64,000 bases of DNA, from the NCBI RefSeq assembly GCF_013149785.1, contig NZ_JABEZU010000002.1:434001-498000 (forward strand), in the 5' to 3' direction. The notes under the pieces are model-generated. The model was not told the origin of the DNA. It saw nothing but the letters and a program-made list of their open reading frames with translations, and searched no databases. Of this stretch, positions 36,195 to 46,635 are shown one piece after another (position 1 is the first letter of the stretch; every line of letters starts with the position of its first letter). Both the position numbers and the translations under genes were made by a program. The stretch comes from Isoptericola halotolerans (GTDB lineage Bacteria > Actinomycetota > Actinomycetes > Actinomycetales > Cellulomonadaceae).

Positions 36195-37991
36195 ATGACC
36201 CACATCCTCTCGGCCGTGGCATGGCCCTATGCCAACGGTCCGCGGCACATCGGCCACGTCGCCGGCTTCGGCGTTCCCTCCGACGTCTTCAGCCGGCACA
36301 TGCGGATGGCGGGTCACGACGTCCTGATGGTCTCCGGGACCGACGAGCACGGCACCCCGATCCTCGTCCAGGCCGAGTCCGAGGGCGTCACGCCGCAGGA
36401 GCTCGCGGACCGCTACAACCGCGTCATCGTCGAGGACCTCACCTCCCTCGGCCTCAGCTACGACCTGTTCACCCGGACCACGACGCGCAACCACTACGCC
36501 GTCGTGCAGGAGATGTTCCGCACCGTCCACAAGAACGGATACATGGTCGAGAAGTCGACCATGGGCGCGATCTCGCCGTCCACGGGCCGCACGCTGCCCG
36601 ACCGCTTCATCGAGGGCACCTGTCCCATCTGCGGCTACGACGGCGCGCGCGGCGACCAGTGCGACAACTGCGGCAACCAGCTCGACCCCATCGACCTGAA
36701 GAACCCGCGCAGCCGCATCAACGGCGAGACGCCGAAGTTCGTCGAGTCGAACCACTTCTTCCTCGACCTCCCGGCGTTCGTCGACGCGCTGTCCTCCTGG
36801 CTCGAGGGCCGCGACGGCTGGCGGCCCAACGTGCTGAACTTCAGCCGCAACCTGCTCGACGACGTGCGCCCGCGGGCGATGACGCGCGACATCGACTGGG
36901 GCATCCCCGTGCCGCTCGAGGGCTGGGAGGACAACCCCTCCAAGCGGCTGTACGTGTGGTTCGACGCCGTGATCGGCTACCTGTCCAGCTCGATCGAGTG
37001 GTCCCGGCGCCGGGGCGAGCCCGAGGCCTGGCGCCAGTGGTGGACCAACCCGGACGCCCGCTCGTACTACTTCATGGGCAAGGACAACATCACGTTCCAC
37101 TCCCAGATCTGGCCGGCGGAGCTGCTGGCGTACGACGGCGGCGGGAACCGCGGGGGCGAGCCGGGCCCGTTCGGCTCGCTGCAGCTGCCGACCGAGGTGG
37201 TCTCCAGCGAGTTCCTCAACGTCGAGGGTCAGAAGTTCTCCTCCTCCCGCGGCGTGGTCATCTACGTGCGCGACATGCTGGCCCGCTACCAGCCGGACGC
37301 GTTCCGGTACTACGTGGCGGCGGCAGGCCCGGAGAACCAGGACGTGGACTTCACCTGGGAGGGCTTCCTGCGCCGCACCAACGACGAGCTGGTGGCGGGC
37401 TGGGGCAACCTGGTCAACCGCACCGCGAGCATGGTGCACAAGAACTTCGGGCAGATCCCGACGCCGGGAGAGCTGGCGGACACCGACCGCGACGTCCTGG
37501 CGTCCACGCGCAAGGCGTTCGGCGACATCGGGTCGCTCATCGAGTCCAACCGGCAGCGCCCCGCGATCGCCGAGGCCATGCGCGTCGTCGGTGACGTCAA
37601 CCGGTACGTCTCCGAGACAGAGCCGTGGAAGCTCAAGACGGACCCGGACCGCCTGGCCACCGTGCTGCACACCACGACGCAGGCCGTCAGCGACTGCAAC
37701 ACGCTGCTCGCGCCGTTCCTGCCGCACTCCGCCCAGGCGATCCACGAGACGCTGGGCGGCACGGGCGAGTTCGCCCCGCAGCCGCGCATCGAGGAGGTCA
37801 CCGACCTCGACGACGACTCGCGGCACTACCCGGTCATCACCGGCGACCACGACGGCGGCTACCGGTTCCCGGCCTGGGCGTCGAGCCCGGTGGCGACCGG
37901 GACCCCGATCCCCAAGCCGAAGCCGGTGTTCACCAAGCTCGACGACTCGATCGTCGACGAGGAGCTGGAACGCCTGCGCGAGAAGGCCTGA
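36195..37991 (+). CDS. metG: methionine--tRNA ligase
   Basis: '[12 protein letters not shown]', Zn knuckle CPIC/CDNC, 'YVWFDA', 'GKDNI.FH', 'KFSSS'. Confidence 0.97.
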   Translation: MTHILSAVAWPYANGPRHIGHVAGFGVPSDVFSRHMRMAGHDVLMVSGTDEHGTPILVQAESEGVTPQELADRYNRVIVEDLTSLGLSYDLFTRTTTRNHYAVVQEMFRTVHKNGYMVEKSTMGAISPSTGRTLPDRFIEGTCPICGYDGARGDQCDNCGNQLDPIDLKNPRSRINGETPKFVESNHFFLDLPAFVDALSSWLEGRDGWRPNVLNFSRNLLDDVRPRAMTRDIDWGIPVPLEGWEDNPSKRLYVWFDAVIGYLSSSIEWSRRRGEPEAWRQWWTNPDARSYYFMGKDNITFHSQIWPAELLAYDGGGNRGGEPGPFGSLQLPTEVVSSEFLNVEGQKFSSSRGVVIYVRDMLARYQPDAFRYYVAAAGPENQDVDFTWEGFLRRTNDELVAGWGNLVNRTASMVHKNFGQIPTPGELADTDRDVLASTRKAFGDIGSLIESNRQRPAIAEAMRVVGDVNRYVSETEPWKLKTDPDRLATVLHTTTQAVSDCNTLLAPFLPHSAQAIHETLGGTGEFAPQPRIEEVTDLDDDSRHYPVITGDHDGGYRFPAWASSPVATGTPIPKPKPVFTKLDDSIVDEELERLREKA

Positions 37992-39052
37992 TGGGTCGCT
38001 CGAAGCGTGAGCGGGGATTCCCGCCCGACCCGGAGCCGCTGCCGCTGCCGGTGGTCGACAACCACACGCACCTGGACGCGATCGGCGAGCTGGTCTCCGA
38101 GTCCGTCGACCATGCCGTCCTGACCGTCGAACATGCCCTGGACGCCCGTCTGGCAGAGCGGACGGGCCGCCACGACATGGTCGGCGGGCAGCTGGCCCAT
38201 GCGGCGGCCTGCGGCGTCGACCGGGTGGTGCAGGTCGGGAGCGACCTGCCCTCCATCGAGTGGACCGAGGCCCTGCTGCGCCTGCTCGACGCCGAACATG
38301 CCCTGTCGACCGCCGACCATGTCGTCAGCGACCGTCCGGTCCCACAGACGGGCGCTGATGACATGTTCGGCACCAGGGCGGTGCTCGGGGCGGTGGCGAT
38401 CCACCCCAACGAGGCTGTGCTGCACGCCGGCGTCCGCGAGGTGGGCCCCGACGGGCTCGAGCCGGCACCGCAGCCCCACCACGCCACGGGGCTCGACGAC
38501 GCGATCGCCCGGGTGGCGCAGGTCGCCCGGGACAACCCGCGCGTCCGGGCGGTCGGCGAGACGGGGATGGACCTGTTCCGCACCGGGCCGCTGGGCGAGC
38601 AGGTGCAGCGCGAGGCCTTCCGGGCGCACGTCGCGCTCGCCAAGGAGCTCGGCCTGGCGATGCAGATCCACGACCGCGACGCGCACGCCCAGGTGATCGA
38701 GGTCCTGCTGGCCGACGGTGCGCCCGAGCGCACCGTGTTCCACTGCTACAGCGGCGACGCCGAGATGGCCACGCTCGCCGCGGAGCACGGCTGGTACCTC
38801 TCGTTCGCGGGCCCGGTCACGTACCCGAAGAACGACCACCTGCGTGCGGCGCTGCGCACCGTGCCCCTCGAGCTGGTGCTCGTCGAGACCGACGCCCCGT
38901 ACCTGCCGCCGCACCCCTTCCGGGGCCGGCCCAACGGCCCCTACGTCGTCGCGCACACCGTGCGGGCCATGGCCGAGATCCTGCAGCGGCCGCTCGAGGA
39001 CGTCTGCCGGGCGCTCTCGACGAACGCCGAGCGCGTCTACGGATCGTGGTGA
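37991..39052 (+). CDS. tatD: TatD-family DNase, carrying two 27-aa insertions
   Basis: 'DNHTH', 'IHPNEA', 'VGETG.D', 'IHDRDAH', 'FHCYSG', 'LVETDAPYL'; overlaps the metG stop. Confidence 0.93.
   Translation: MGRSKRERGFPPDPEPLPLPVVDNHTHLDAIGELVSESVDHAVLTVEHALDARLAERTGRHDMVGGQLAHAAACGVDRVVQVGSDLPSIEWTEALLRLLDAEHALSTADHVVSDRPVPQTGADDMFGTRAVLGAVAIHPNEAVLHAGVREVGPDGLEPAPQPHHATGLDDAIARVAQVARDNPRVRAVGETGMDLFRTGPLGEQVQREAFRAHVALAKELGLAMQIHDRDAHAQVIEVLLADGAPERTVFHCYSGDAEMATLAAEHGWYLSFAGPVTYPKNDHLRAALRTVPLELVLVETDAPYLPPHPFRGRPNGPYVVAHTVRAMAEILQRPLEDVCRALSTNAERVYGSW
38105..38185. repeat. 81-nt palindromic element inside tatD, copy 1
   Basis: 21-nt unit + 25-nt arm (38126-38150) + 10-nt loop + 25-nt arm (38161-38185); 19/25 Watson-Crick pairs. 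Confidence 0.65.
38291..38371. repeat. 81-nt palindromic element inside tatD, copy 2
   Basis: 21-nt unit + 25-nt arm (38312-38336) + 10-nt loop + 25-nt arm (38347-38371); 22/25 Watson-Crick pairs. Confidence 0.75.
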
Positions 39053-39095
39053 ACCCCTGTCGCTCCGCACCGGCTTCGGCTACGGTCTGGTGATC

Positions 39096-40322
39096 GTGGC
39101 GAGGCGTGAGCGAGGACGACGGCGACAGGCCGCCTCTCGTCGTCCTTCGGAGCAGTTCGTCGGTCGCCGCGGACCGCTCGGCCAGGTGTCCAGGAACGTG
39201 CTGCAGGCACTCGTGGTGGTCGCGGTCGCGATCGGCTCGTACGGTGTGGTCGACGCCCACCGCGAGCTGGTCGTCGACGTCGACGGCAGGGTCCAGACCC
39301 TCGACGGGTACGGCCGGACAGTCGGCGAGGTGCTGGCCTTCCACGACATCCGCCCCGGCCCGGACGACCTCGTCCAGCCGGCCGCCTCGTCCCCCGCCCC
39401 GCGCGGTGGCGAGGTCGTGGTGCGGTCCAGCAAGGAGGTCACCCTCGAGGTCGACGGCGAGGCCTCCACGTTCACGACGACGGCGCACACGGTGGGCGAG
39501 CTGCTCGCCGCGCTCGGCCCCCGAGGGGACGGCGCGGTGACGTCGGCCTCCCGCAGCGATCCGCTCGGTCGTGGGCCGGTCCGGGTCTCGACCCGCAAGA
39601 CCGTCTACGTCTCGGTGGACGGATCGGTGCTGCCGCTGCGGACGACCGAGGCGACCGTCCGCGACGTGCTCTCGGAGGTCGAGATCTCGCTCGGGGACGA
39701 GGACCGGACGTCCGTGCCGCTCGGAGCGGCAGCGGTCGACGGCATGGTGGTGGTCGTCAACCGGGGTGAGACCACCGCCGACACCGTGACCGAGGTGCTC
39801 CCGTTCGACACGGAGCGCATCGAGTCCGAGGAGCTCCCGAAGGGCCACGAGACGGTCCGCACGCGCGGCGTGCCGGGGGAGCGGGTGACCACCTACGAGA
39901 TCCGCACCCTCGACGGCGCCGAGGTCGCGCGGACGGTGGTCGAACGGTCGGTCACGGTGGAACCGGTCGACGAGGTCGTGGTGGTCGGCACGCTCGACGT
40001 GTCCCAGGTGCAGGCGGACCCGGGCTCGGCCCGCGCGCTGGGCCGGGCGCTGGCCGCGGAGCGTGGGTGGGGCGACGACCAGTTCGTCTGTCTCGACAAG
40101 CTGTGGACCAAGGAGTCGAACTGGCGCTGGAACGCCGCGAACCCCTCCAGCAGCGCGTACGGCATCCCGCAGGCGCTGCCCGGCTCGAAGATGGCCTCGG
40201 CGGGCTCGGACTGGCGGACCAACCCGGCGACGCAGATCACGTGGGGTCTCGGCTACATCGCGGGGCGGTACGGCACCCCGTGCAGCGCCTGGAACCACTC
40301 GATGTCCGTCGGGTGGTACTGA
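39096..40322 (+). CDS. DUF348/G5 protein with SLT-like lytic transglycosylase domain
   Basis: N-terminal TM, ubiquitin-like DUF348 repeats, G5 'EPVDEVVVVGT', 'LWTKESNW...AYGIPQALPG...WGL.YI.GRYG'. Confidence 0.88.
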   Translation: MARRERGRRRQAASRRPSEQFVGRRGPLGQVSRNVLQALVVVAVAIGSYGVVDAHRELVVDVDGRVQTLDGYGRTVGEVLAFHDIRPGPDDLVQPAASSPAPRGGEVVVRSSKEVTLEVDGEASTFTTTAHTVGELLAALGPRGDGAVTSASRSDPLGRGPVRVSTRKTVYVSVDGSVLPLRTTEATVRDVLSEVEISLGDEDRTSVPLGAAAVDGMVVVVNRGETTADTVTEVLPFDTERIESEELPKGHETVRTRGVPGERVTTYEIRTLDGAEVARTVVERSVTVEPVDEVVVVGTLDVSQVQADPGSARALGRALAAERGWGDDQFVCLDKLWTKESNWRWNAANPSSSAYGIPQALPGSKMASAGSDWRTNPATQITWGLGYIAGRYGTPCSAWNHSMSVGWY

Positions 40323-40440
40323 CGGCCCGTCCCCGGCCGCGAGCCGGGCGATCCTGTGACATCGATCGCGGAACCACGGTGAACTTTCCCGGCGTACCAC
40401 GCCGTAGCCGGGCATACGTACCACAACCGGCCTTGGATAA

Positions 40441-40463
40441 AGATCACGATGCGGTTACGGTCG
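40441..40463 (+). promoter_or_regulatory. conserved promoter/operator motif, copy 1
   Basis: AGATCACGA-tgcg-GTTACGGTCG, containing the TACGGT -10; repeated at 41966. Confidence 0.6.
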
Positions 40464-40546
40464 TCGGAGCCACCGGATCGACCGCAGGCCCGACCGCCAG
40501 TCGGGAGCCGCCGTCGTAACCGGGACCACCGACGTCTGGAATCCCC

Positions 40547-41857
40547 TTGAACGACTGGCCCGACGACTCCGTCACGCCGCCCGCTGCCCCTGACGATGCA
40601 GCACCCGCCTCCGAGCCTGCGGCCGCCGCCGCCCCGGCGACCGCCCTGCGCCGCCGCCGGTGGCCGCTGGTCGCCATGGTGGTCGCGCTGAGCGTCATGG
40701 TCGCCGGCGGCGTCAGCTTCGCCGTCGTGGAGCAGCTCCGCAAGGACGTCACCCTCGACGTCGACGGCGAGCTGGTCTCCGTGACGACCTACGCCAGCAC
40801 CGTGGACGACGTGCTCGTCGAGGAGGGTGTGCGCGTCGGCGACAACGACGAGATCACCCCCGCCGCGGGCGAGGAGCTGCGTGACGGTGCCGTCGTCCAG
40901 GTCCGGTACGGCCGCGAGCTCACCGTCGAGGCCGACGGCGAGGAGCAGGACGTCTGGGTCGCGGCGCTCGACGCCGACGACGCGCTGCAGCAGCTCGCCC
41001 ATCGCGACGAGCAGGTCCGCCTGCTGCCCTCGCGGTCCGCGGACCGAGCGTCGCTGCCCATCCGCCTGGACGCCGACCGGCCGGTCGCGCTGGTGGTCGG
41101 CGGCGAGGAGAGCGTGGTCGACGACGGTGCCCGCACGCTGACGGAGCTGTTCGAGGCCGAGTCCGTCGAGATCGACGCCGACGACCGCGTGCACGTCGAC
41201 CGGGTCGAGCCCGAGACCGCGTCGGACCCGTCCGTGCGGGTCGTGGTCCAGGTGGTCGACGTCGAGGAGGTCACCAAGACCAAGAAGATCGACTTCGAGA
41301 CCGTCACCGAGAAGGACGCCGACCGCTACAGCGACCTCGGTTCGACCGTGTCCCAGAAGGGCAAGAAGGGCGAGCGGACCATCGTCCGGCTCGTGACCCG
41401 TGTCGACGGTGAGGTCGAGTCGCGCGAGAAGCTCTCCAGCGAGGTGACCACCGAGCCGGTGGACGAGATCGTCGTCGTCGGCACCAAGGAGCGCCCCGAG
41501 CCGGAACCCGAGCCCGAGCCGGAGCCGGCGTCGTCCGGCAGCTCGTCGTCCGGCAGCTCGTCGTCGGGTTCGGGCGGGTCGTCCTCGAGCTCGAGCGGCT
41601 CCTCCGGCGGCAGCGCCCCCTCGGGCGTCTGGTCCCAGCTCGCCCAGTGCGAGTCGGGAGGCAACCCGTCGACCAACACCGGCAACGGCTACTACGGGAT
41701 GTACCAGTTCTCGCTGCCGACCTGGCAGGCGGTGGGTGGCTCCGGGCTGCCCTCGGACGCCTCGGCCGCCGAGCAGACCAAGCGGGCGAAGATCCTGCAG
41801 CAGCGTGCCGGCTGGGGCCAGTGGCCGCACTGCGCCAGCAAGCTCGGCCTGCTCTGA
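40547..41857 (+). CDS. rpfB: resuscitation-promoting factor, RpfB-type (DUF348-G5-Rpf)
   Basis: TM, DUF348 repeats, G5, Rpf domain 'WSQLAQCESGGN...NGYYGMYQF...TW...QWPHC'; TTG start uncertain. Confidence 0.88.
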   Translation: MNDWPDDSVTPPAAPDDAAPASEPAAAAAPATALRRRRWPLVAMVVALSVMVAGGVSFAVVEQLRKDVTLDVDGELVSVTTYASTVDDVLVEEGVRVGDNDEITPAAGEELRDGAVVQVRYGRELTVEADGEEQDVWVAALDADDALQQLAHRDEQVRLLPSRSADRASLPIRLDADRPVALVVGGEESVVDDGARTLTELFEAESVEIDADDRVHVDRVEPETASDPSVRVVVQVVDVEEVTKTKKIDFETVTEKDADRYSDLGSTVSQKGKKGERTIVRLVTRVDGEVESREKLSSEVTTEPVDEIVVVGTKERPEPEPEPEPEPASSGSSSSGSSSSGSGGSSSSSSGSSGGSAPSGVWSQLAQCESGGNPSTNTGNGYYGMYQFSLPTWQAVGGSGLPSDASAAEQTKRAKILQQRAGWGQWPHCASKLGLL

Positions 41858-41965
41858 CCTGAGGCCGCCTCGGCAGCGACGGCTCGTCGGCGTGTGCCCG
41901 ACGTGTGAAGGCACGTGAAGTCGTCGTGCCGAGGCGCTCAGGTGTGACGCAGACCGTCTTGCGTC

Positions 41966-41988
41966 AGATCACGAATCAGTTACGGTCG
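41966..41988 (+). promoter_or_regulatory. conserved promoter/operator motif, copy 2
   Basis: AGATCACGA-atca-GTTACGGTCG; 19/23 identical to 40441-40463. Confidence 0.6.
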
Positions 41989-42068
41989 GGTGTCGTTCGC
42001 GCCCTCGGCCAGTTCTTGCCGTAGAGGCCTGACCCCTACGGTCGCACCCCCCACCCTTCTGGAGATCC

Positions 42069-43397
42069 ATGACCTCCGCACCGGAGAACCACGAGCCCCG
42101 GCCCAGCACGGCCGAGACCCGCGCCGTCACCCGGACCCGCCGCACCCGGCGTCGTCGGGCGATCGTCGCCACCGTCGCCGGCGGCGCCCTCGTCCTCGGC
42201 GGCGGGTCCGCCGTCGCCGTCTCCCAGGCCTACAAGACCGTCACGCTCGACGTCGACGGCGAGACCCGGACGGTCGGCAGCTTCGCCGGCGACGTCGACG
42301 GGCTGCTCGCCGCCGAGGGTGTCGCCGTCACCGACCGCGACCTCGTCACCCCCGCCCTCGGCGACCCGCTCACCGGTGGGAGCGACGTCGTCGTGCGCAC
42401 CGGCAAGGAGATCGACGTCGAGATCGACGGCGAGGCCACGTCTACCTGGGTCACCGCCCTGGACGCCCACGAGGCCCTCGACCTGCTCGCCCAGCGCGGC
42501 AGCGACGTCGCCCTCGTCGCCTCGCGGTCGGACGACCGGACCGAGCTCGGCCTGCAGGTGCACGACGGGGACCAGGTCGCCGTCGTGCACGGCGGCACGG
42601 TGGACGTCGTCGACGGCTCCGACGACCTCGACACGGTCCTGGCCGCCGCCGAGGTCGAGGTGGACGACGACGACAACGTCACCGTCGCCCGGGCCTCCGA
42701 CACCGGCGTCGACGCCGACAGCCTCCCGGACGGCACCGACGTGCCGCAGGTCGCCGTCGTCGTCGAGCGCGTCGAGGTCGAGCAGGTGACCAAGGTCAAG
42801 GAGATCGAGCACGAGACCCGGACCAAGAAGAGCGACCAGCGCTACGAGGACCTCGACCCCAAGGTGCAGCGCGAGGGCCGTCCCGGCTCGCGCACCGTCG
42901 TGCGGGAGATCACCACGGTCGACGGCGAGGAGGTCTCGAACAAGAAGATCGCCTCGATGGTGACCGCGGAACCGGTGACCGAGGTCCTCGTCCAGGGGAC
43001 CAAGGAGCGCCCGGAGCCCGAGCCCGAGCCGGAGCCCGAGACCGCGTCCGGCTCCTCGTCCGAGTCGTCCGCGGACAGCTCGTCGACCAGCTACTCCGGG
43101 TCGAACCGCGAGATCGGCCAGCGCATGGCCGCCGACCGCGGCTGGACCGGCAGCCAGTGGACGTGCCTGGAGAACCTGTGGACCAAGGAGTCGAACTGGT
43201 CGCACACGGTCGCCAACCCGTCCTCCGGCGCCTACGGCATCCCGCAGTCGCTGCCGGGCAACAAGATGGCCGCCGCCGGCGCCGACTGGCAGACCAACCC
43301 TGCCACCCAGATCACCTGGGGCCTGGACTACATCGCCGGCCGCTACGGCACCCCGTGCGGCGCCTGGGGCCACTCGCAGGCGAACAACTGGTACTGA
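42069..43397 (+). CDS. DUF348/G5 protein with SLT-like lytic transglycosylase domain
   Basis: GGAG RBS; TM, DUF348, G5, 'LWTKESNW...[11 protein letters not shown]...NNWY'. Confidence 0.9.
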   Translation: MTSAPENHEPRPSTAETRAVTRTRRTRRRRAIVATVAGGALVLGGGSAVAVSQAYKTVTLDVDGETRTVGSFAGDVDGLLAAEGVAVTDRDLVTPALGDPLTGGSDVVVRTGKEIDVEIDGEATSTWVTALDAHEALDLLAQRGSDVALVASRSDDRTELGLQVHDGDQVAVVHGGTVDVVDGSDDLDTVLAAAEVEVDDDDNVTVARASDTGVDADSLPDGTDVPQVAVVVERVEVEQVTKVKEIEHETRTKKSDQRYEDLDPKVQREGRPGSRTVVREITTVDGEEVSNKKIASMVTAEPVTEVLVQGTKERPEPEPEPEPETASGSSSESSADSSSTSYSGSNREIGQRMAADRGWTGSQWTCLENLWTKESNWSHTVANPSSGAYGIPQSLPGNKMAAAGADWQTNPATQITWGLDYIAGRYGTPCGAWGHSQANNWY

Positions 43398-43425
43398 CCC
43401 GTCCGGTCGGGCGATACTCAGCCCC

Positions 43426-44298
43426 ATGACTGACACCCCTGGCGCCCTGCTCGGCCCTGCGGAGATCCGCGAGCTGGCAGGGCGTCTCGGCGTCCGGCCC
43501 ACCAAGACGCTCGGGCAGAACTTCGTGCACGACGGCGGCACGGTCCGCAAGATCGTCCGTGCGGCCGGGGTGGAGCCCGGGGACCGTGTCGTGGAGGTGG
43601 GCCCGGGCCTCGGCTCGTTGACCCTGGGCCTGCTGGAGGCCGGGGCGTCGGTCGTGGCGGTCGAGATCGACCCGGTCCTGGCCGGGCAGCTCCACACCAC
43701 GGTGCACGGCCACGCCCCCGACGCGGACCTGGAGCTGGTGACCGCCGACGCCATGGACGTCACCGACCTGCCCGGTGCGCCGCCGTCGGCGCTCGTGGCG
43801 AACCTGCCCTACAACGTGGCCGTGCCGGTGCTGCTGACGTTCCTGCAGCGTTTCGACTCCCTGCGCTCGGTGCTCGTCATGGTGCAGGCCGAGGTGGCCG
43901 ACCGGCTCGCCGCCCCGCCCGGCTCCCGGACCTACGGGGTGCCGTCGGCCAAGGCCGCCTGGTACGGCGCCGCCCGCCGGTCGCTGACGATCAGTCGCCA
44001 CGTGTTCTGGCCGGTGCCGAACGTGGACTCGGCGCTCGTCGAGATCGTGCGGCACGACCCGCCGGTCACGACCGCGACCCGCGAGGAGGTCTTCCGGGTG
44101 GTCGACGCCGCGTTCGCCCAGCGCCGCAAGACCCTGAGGGCCGCGCTGTCCGGGCTGTTCGGCTCGGGTCCGGCCGCCGAGGAGGCGCTGCGGGCCGCGG
44201 GCGTCGACCCGTCGCTGCGTGGCGAGCGGCTCGCGATCGCGGACTTCGCCCGCATCGCCGAGCGCCTGGGCGCCGAGGCTGGCACGGTGGACGCGTGA
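43426..44298 (+). CDS. rsmA: 16S rRNA dimethyladenosine transferase
   Basis: 'KTLGQNF', '[11 protein letters not shown]', 'ANLPYN', 'FAQRRKTLR'. Confidence 0.97.
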   Translation: MTDTPGALLGPAEIRELAGRLGVRPTKTLGQNFVHDGGTVRKIVRAAGVEPGDRVVEVGPGLGSLTLGLLEAGASVVAVEIDPVLAGQLHTTVHGHAPDADLELVTADAMDVTDLPGAPPSALVANLPYNVAVPVLLTFLQRFDSLRSVLVMVQAEVADRLAAPPGSRTYGVPSAKAAWYGAARRSLTISRHVFWPVPNVDSALVEIVRHDPPVTTATREEVFRVVDAAFAQRRKTLRAALSGLFGSGPAAEEALRAAGVDPSLRGERLAIADFARIAERLGAEAGTVDA

Positions 44299-45227
44299 GC
44301 CACCTCGCCGCCGCCCCCGCGCCGTCCGTCCGTGTGCGCGCCCCCGGGAAGATCAACCTCACGCTGCGCGTCGGACCGGTGGCCGAGGACGGCTACCACC
44401 CGCTGGTCACCGTGTTCCAGGCGGTAGCCCTGCACGAGGAGGTCACCGCGACCGAGGTCCCCGAGGGCGCCGGCATCTCGCTGACGGTCGAGGGGCCGCA
44501 GGCCGAGCGCGTCCCCCTCGACTCCACCAACCTGGCCTGGCAGGCCGTCGAGGCGATCGCCCGGCACGTCGGGCTCGATCCCAGCGTCGCGCTGCACATC
44601 GCCAAGGGCGTGCCCGTGGCGGGTGGGATGGCCGGCGGGTCCGCCGACGCGGCCGCCACCCTGCTGGCCTGCGACACCCTGTGGGGGACCGCGTTGCCGC
44701 GCGAGGAGCTGGCCGGCCTGGCGGCGACGCTCGGGTCCGACGTGCCTTTCGCGCTGCTGGGCCACACCGCCGTCGGGACCGGGCGCGGGCACCTGCTCAC
44801 CCCGGCGATGACCCGCGGCGAGTTCCACTGGGCGTTCGCGACGCGTGACGAGGGACTCTCCACCCCCGAGGTGTACCGGCGGTTCGACGAGCTCACCGGC
44901 CCGACCGCCCCGTCGGTGGGCGACGCCGACGACAACGGGCTCATGCAGGCCTTGCGCGCGGGGGACGCCCGGGCCCTCGGCGCGGCGCTGCAGAACGACC
45001 TGGAGGCCGCGGCGCTCGACCTGCGCCCCGAGCTGGCGCGCACCCTGGAGATCGCCCAGGACGGTGGCGCCCTCGGGACCATGGTCTCCGGGTCGGGGCC
45101 GACGGTCGCGGCCTTGGCACGCTCGCGTCAGCACGCGCTCGCGCTGGCCGCGACCTGGACGGCCGAGGACGCGGCCGACGCCGTGTGGTGCACGACGGGT
45201 CCGGCGTCGGGAGCACGCGTCCTGTGA
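44295..45227 (+). CDS. ispE: 4-diphosphocytidyl-2C-methyl-D-erythritol kinase
   Basis: 'APGKINL.L', '[17 protein letters not shown]', 'GSDVPF', 'VSGSGPT'. Confidence 0.96.
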   Translation: MSHLAAAPAPSVRVRAPGKINLTLRVGPVAEDGYHPLVTVFQAVALHEEVTATEVPEGAGISLTVEGPQAERVPLDSTNLAWQAVEAIARHVGLDPSVALHIAKGVPVAGGMAGGSADAAATLLACDTLWGTALPREELAGLAATLGSDVPFALLGHTAVGTGRGHLLTPAMTRGEFHWAFATRDEGLSTPEVYRRFDELTGPTAPSVGDADDNGLMQALRAGDARALGAALQNDLEAAALDLRPELARTLEIAQDGGALGTMVSGSGPTVAALARSRQHALALAATWTAEDAADAVWCTTGPASGARVL

Positions 45228-45262
45228 CGCACCGCCCCACCGCGTAGCGCGGGGACCGCGCG

Positions 45263-46573
45263 CTATGACTCCGCGGTCGGATGGCCCTGCCCGGCAGGGA
45301 GCGGGGTCACCGGCCCGCCGTCGGCCGTGTGACCGACGACGACGGCACGGCTCATGACCGGGCCGGAGCCGTCGTCCTCCCAGGCCGGCAGCGCGGCAGC
45401 GGTCCCCGGGAGCTGCTGCACCCCGTCGGCAGTGAGCACCTCGACCTCGGTGATGCCGGGCCCGCCGACGACGACGAGCTGCGGGTGCGAGGTGCCGAGC
45501 TGCTCGGGCTCGAACCACCGGGCCGCGAGCACGGGGCCGCGGCGCTCGCCCGCGTGGACCAGGCCGGGCGGCTGACCCGCGCCGAGGCGCACCACGCGCG
45601 TGGAGGCCCCGGTGGCACCGGGCAGGTTCAGGCCGCCCACGACCACCCAGGACGGGTCCCGTCCGCCCGTGCCGTCCGCCTGGACGGCCACCACCATCAC
45701 GCTCCGGCCGTCCTCGAGCTCGACCGGCTCCCACAGCGCGGCCAGCGGCAGCGCCGACCCGCTGGTCCGGGGCCGGGCATCCTCGTAGGCGTCGCGCAGG
45801 GCCCTCTCGGTCCGGGCGCTCGTGACGGGGTCGTCGAGCGCCTGCCACAACGCGTCGTCCCGGACGGCCACGGTCCTGCCGGACTCGGTGAGCACCAGAC
45901 CCTGGTACTCCTCGCGGCCGTGGGCGAAGGCCTGCTCGTGCCGGATGACGCCGGGTGGTGCGCCGAGGACGAGGCCGTCGTGCACCGCGACGGCCTCGTC
46001 CTGGCCGGCGACCCGCACGGAGTCCACGACGTCCGAGGTCTCGGCGAGGAGCAGGACACCGTCCCTCGGCGAGATCGCGGCGTCGCCCGGCCACGCGATG
46101 GCCTCGGACACGAGGGTGTAGTCGCCCGTGCGCTCGCCGTCGGACCCGACCGGGGCCACGGCCGCGGCGAGCTGGTTGAAGGACTGGAGGAGGAGGAGCC
46201 GAGCGGTGCCGAGCTCGCCGGCCTCGTCGCGCAGGTGCTCGCGGGCGTACGGCAGGTCGCGTGCCTCGACGTCCCCGGCCCACATCAGCTGGATCTCGCG
46301 GCCCATCTCCGGGGGCTTCGTCTCACCGCCGGCGGGCACGGCCCGCCAGACCTCGGCGGCCGCCTCGGCCTCCGGCTCCCAGCCGCCCGCCGCGACGAGG
46401 TCGCCGCGTGCCGGGTAGCCCGTGTGGGTGGAGGCGACGACCGGGTCCGGCGCTTCCTCGCCGCCGCGGTCCACCACGGCCACGACGGCCACCGCACCCA
46501 GCACCACGATGCCGACCAGCGCCACCACGACGCGTGGCCTGCGCCACCAGGCCGCCTGGTCCTTCGTGCGCAC
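45263..46573 (-). CDS. hypothetical membrane-anchored/secreted protein
   Basis: AGGAAGGA RBS; N-terminal TM 'VVVALVGIVVLGAVAVVAVV'; 'YPARGDL' then a protein-like remainder. Confidence 0.65.
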   Translation of the reverse strand: MRTKDQAAWWRRPRVVVALVGIVVLGAVAVVAVVDRGGEEAPDPVVASTHTGYPARGDLVAAGGWEPEAEAAAEVWRAVPAGGETKPPEMGREIQLMWAGDVEARDLPYAREHLRDEAGELGTARLLLLQSFNQLAAAVAPVGSDGERTGDYTLVSEAIAWPGDAAISPRDGVLLLAETSDVVDSVRVAGQDEAVAVHDGLVLGAPPGVIRHEQAFAHGREEYQGLVLTESGRTVAVRDDALWQALDDPVTSARTERALRDAYEDARPRTSGSALPLAALWEPVELEDGRSVMVVAVQADGTGGRDPSWVVVGGLNLPGATGASTRVVRLGAGQPPGLVHAGERRGPVLAARWFEPEQLGTSHPQLVVVGGPGITEVEVLTADGVQQLPGTAAALPAWEDDGSGPVMSRAVVVGHTADGGPVTPLPAGQGHPTAES

Positions 46574-46635
46574 GAGATGTCGTCCTTCCTGTCGGTGATC
46601 GGTCCGGTGTCCGTGACCAGGTGTCGTCGGTGCGC

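Noticed and set aside
40330..40546. c-di-AMP (ydaO) riboswitch upstream of the rpf gene
   Set aside because: I could not find the conserved ydaO segments, and the leader after the likely -10 is only about 80 nt
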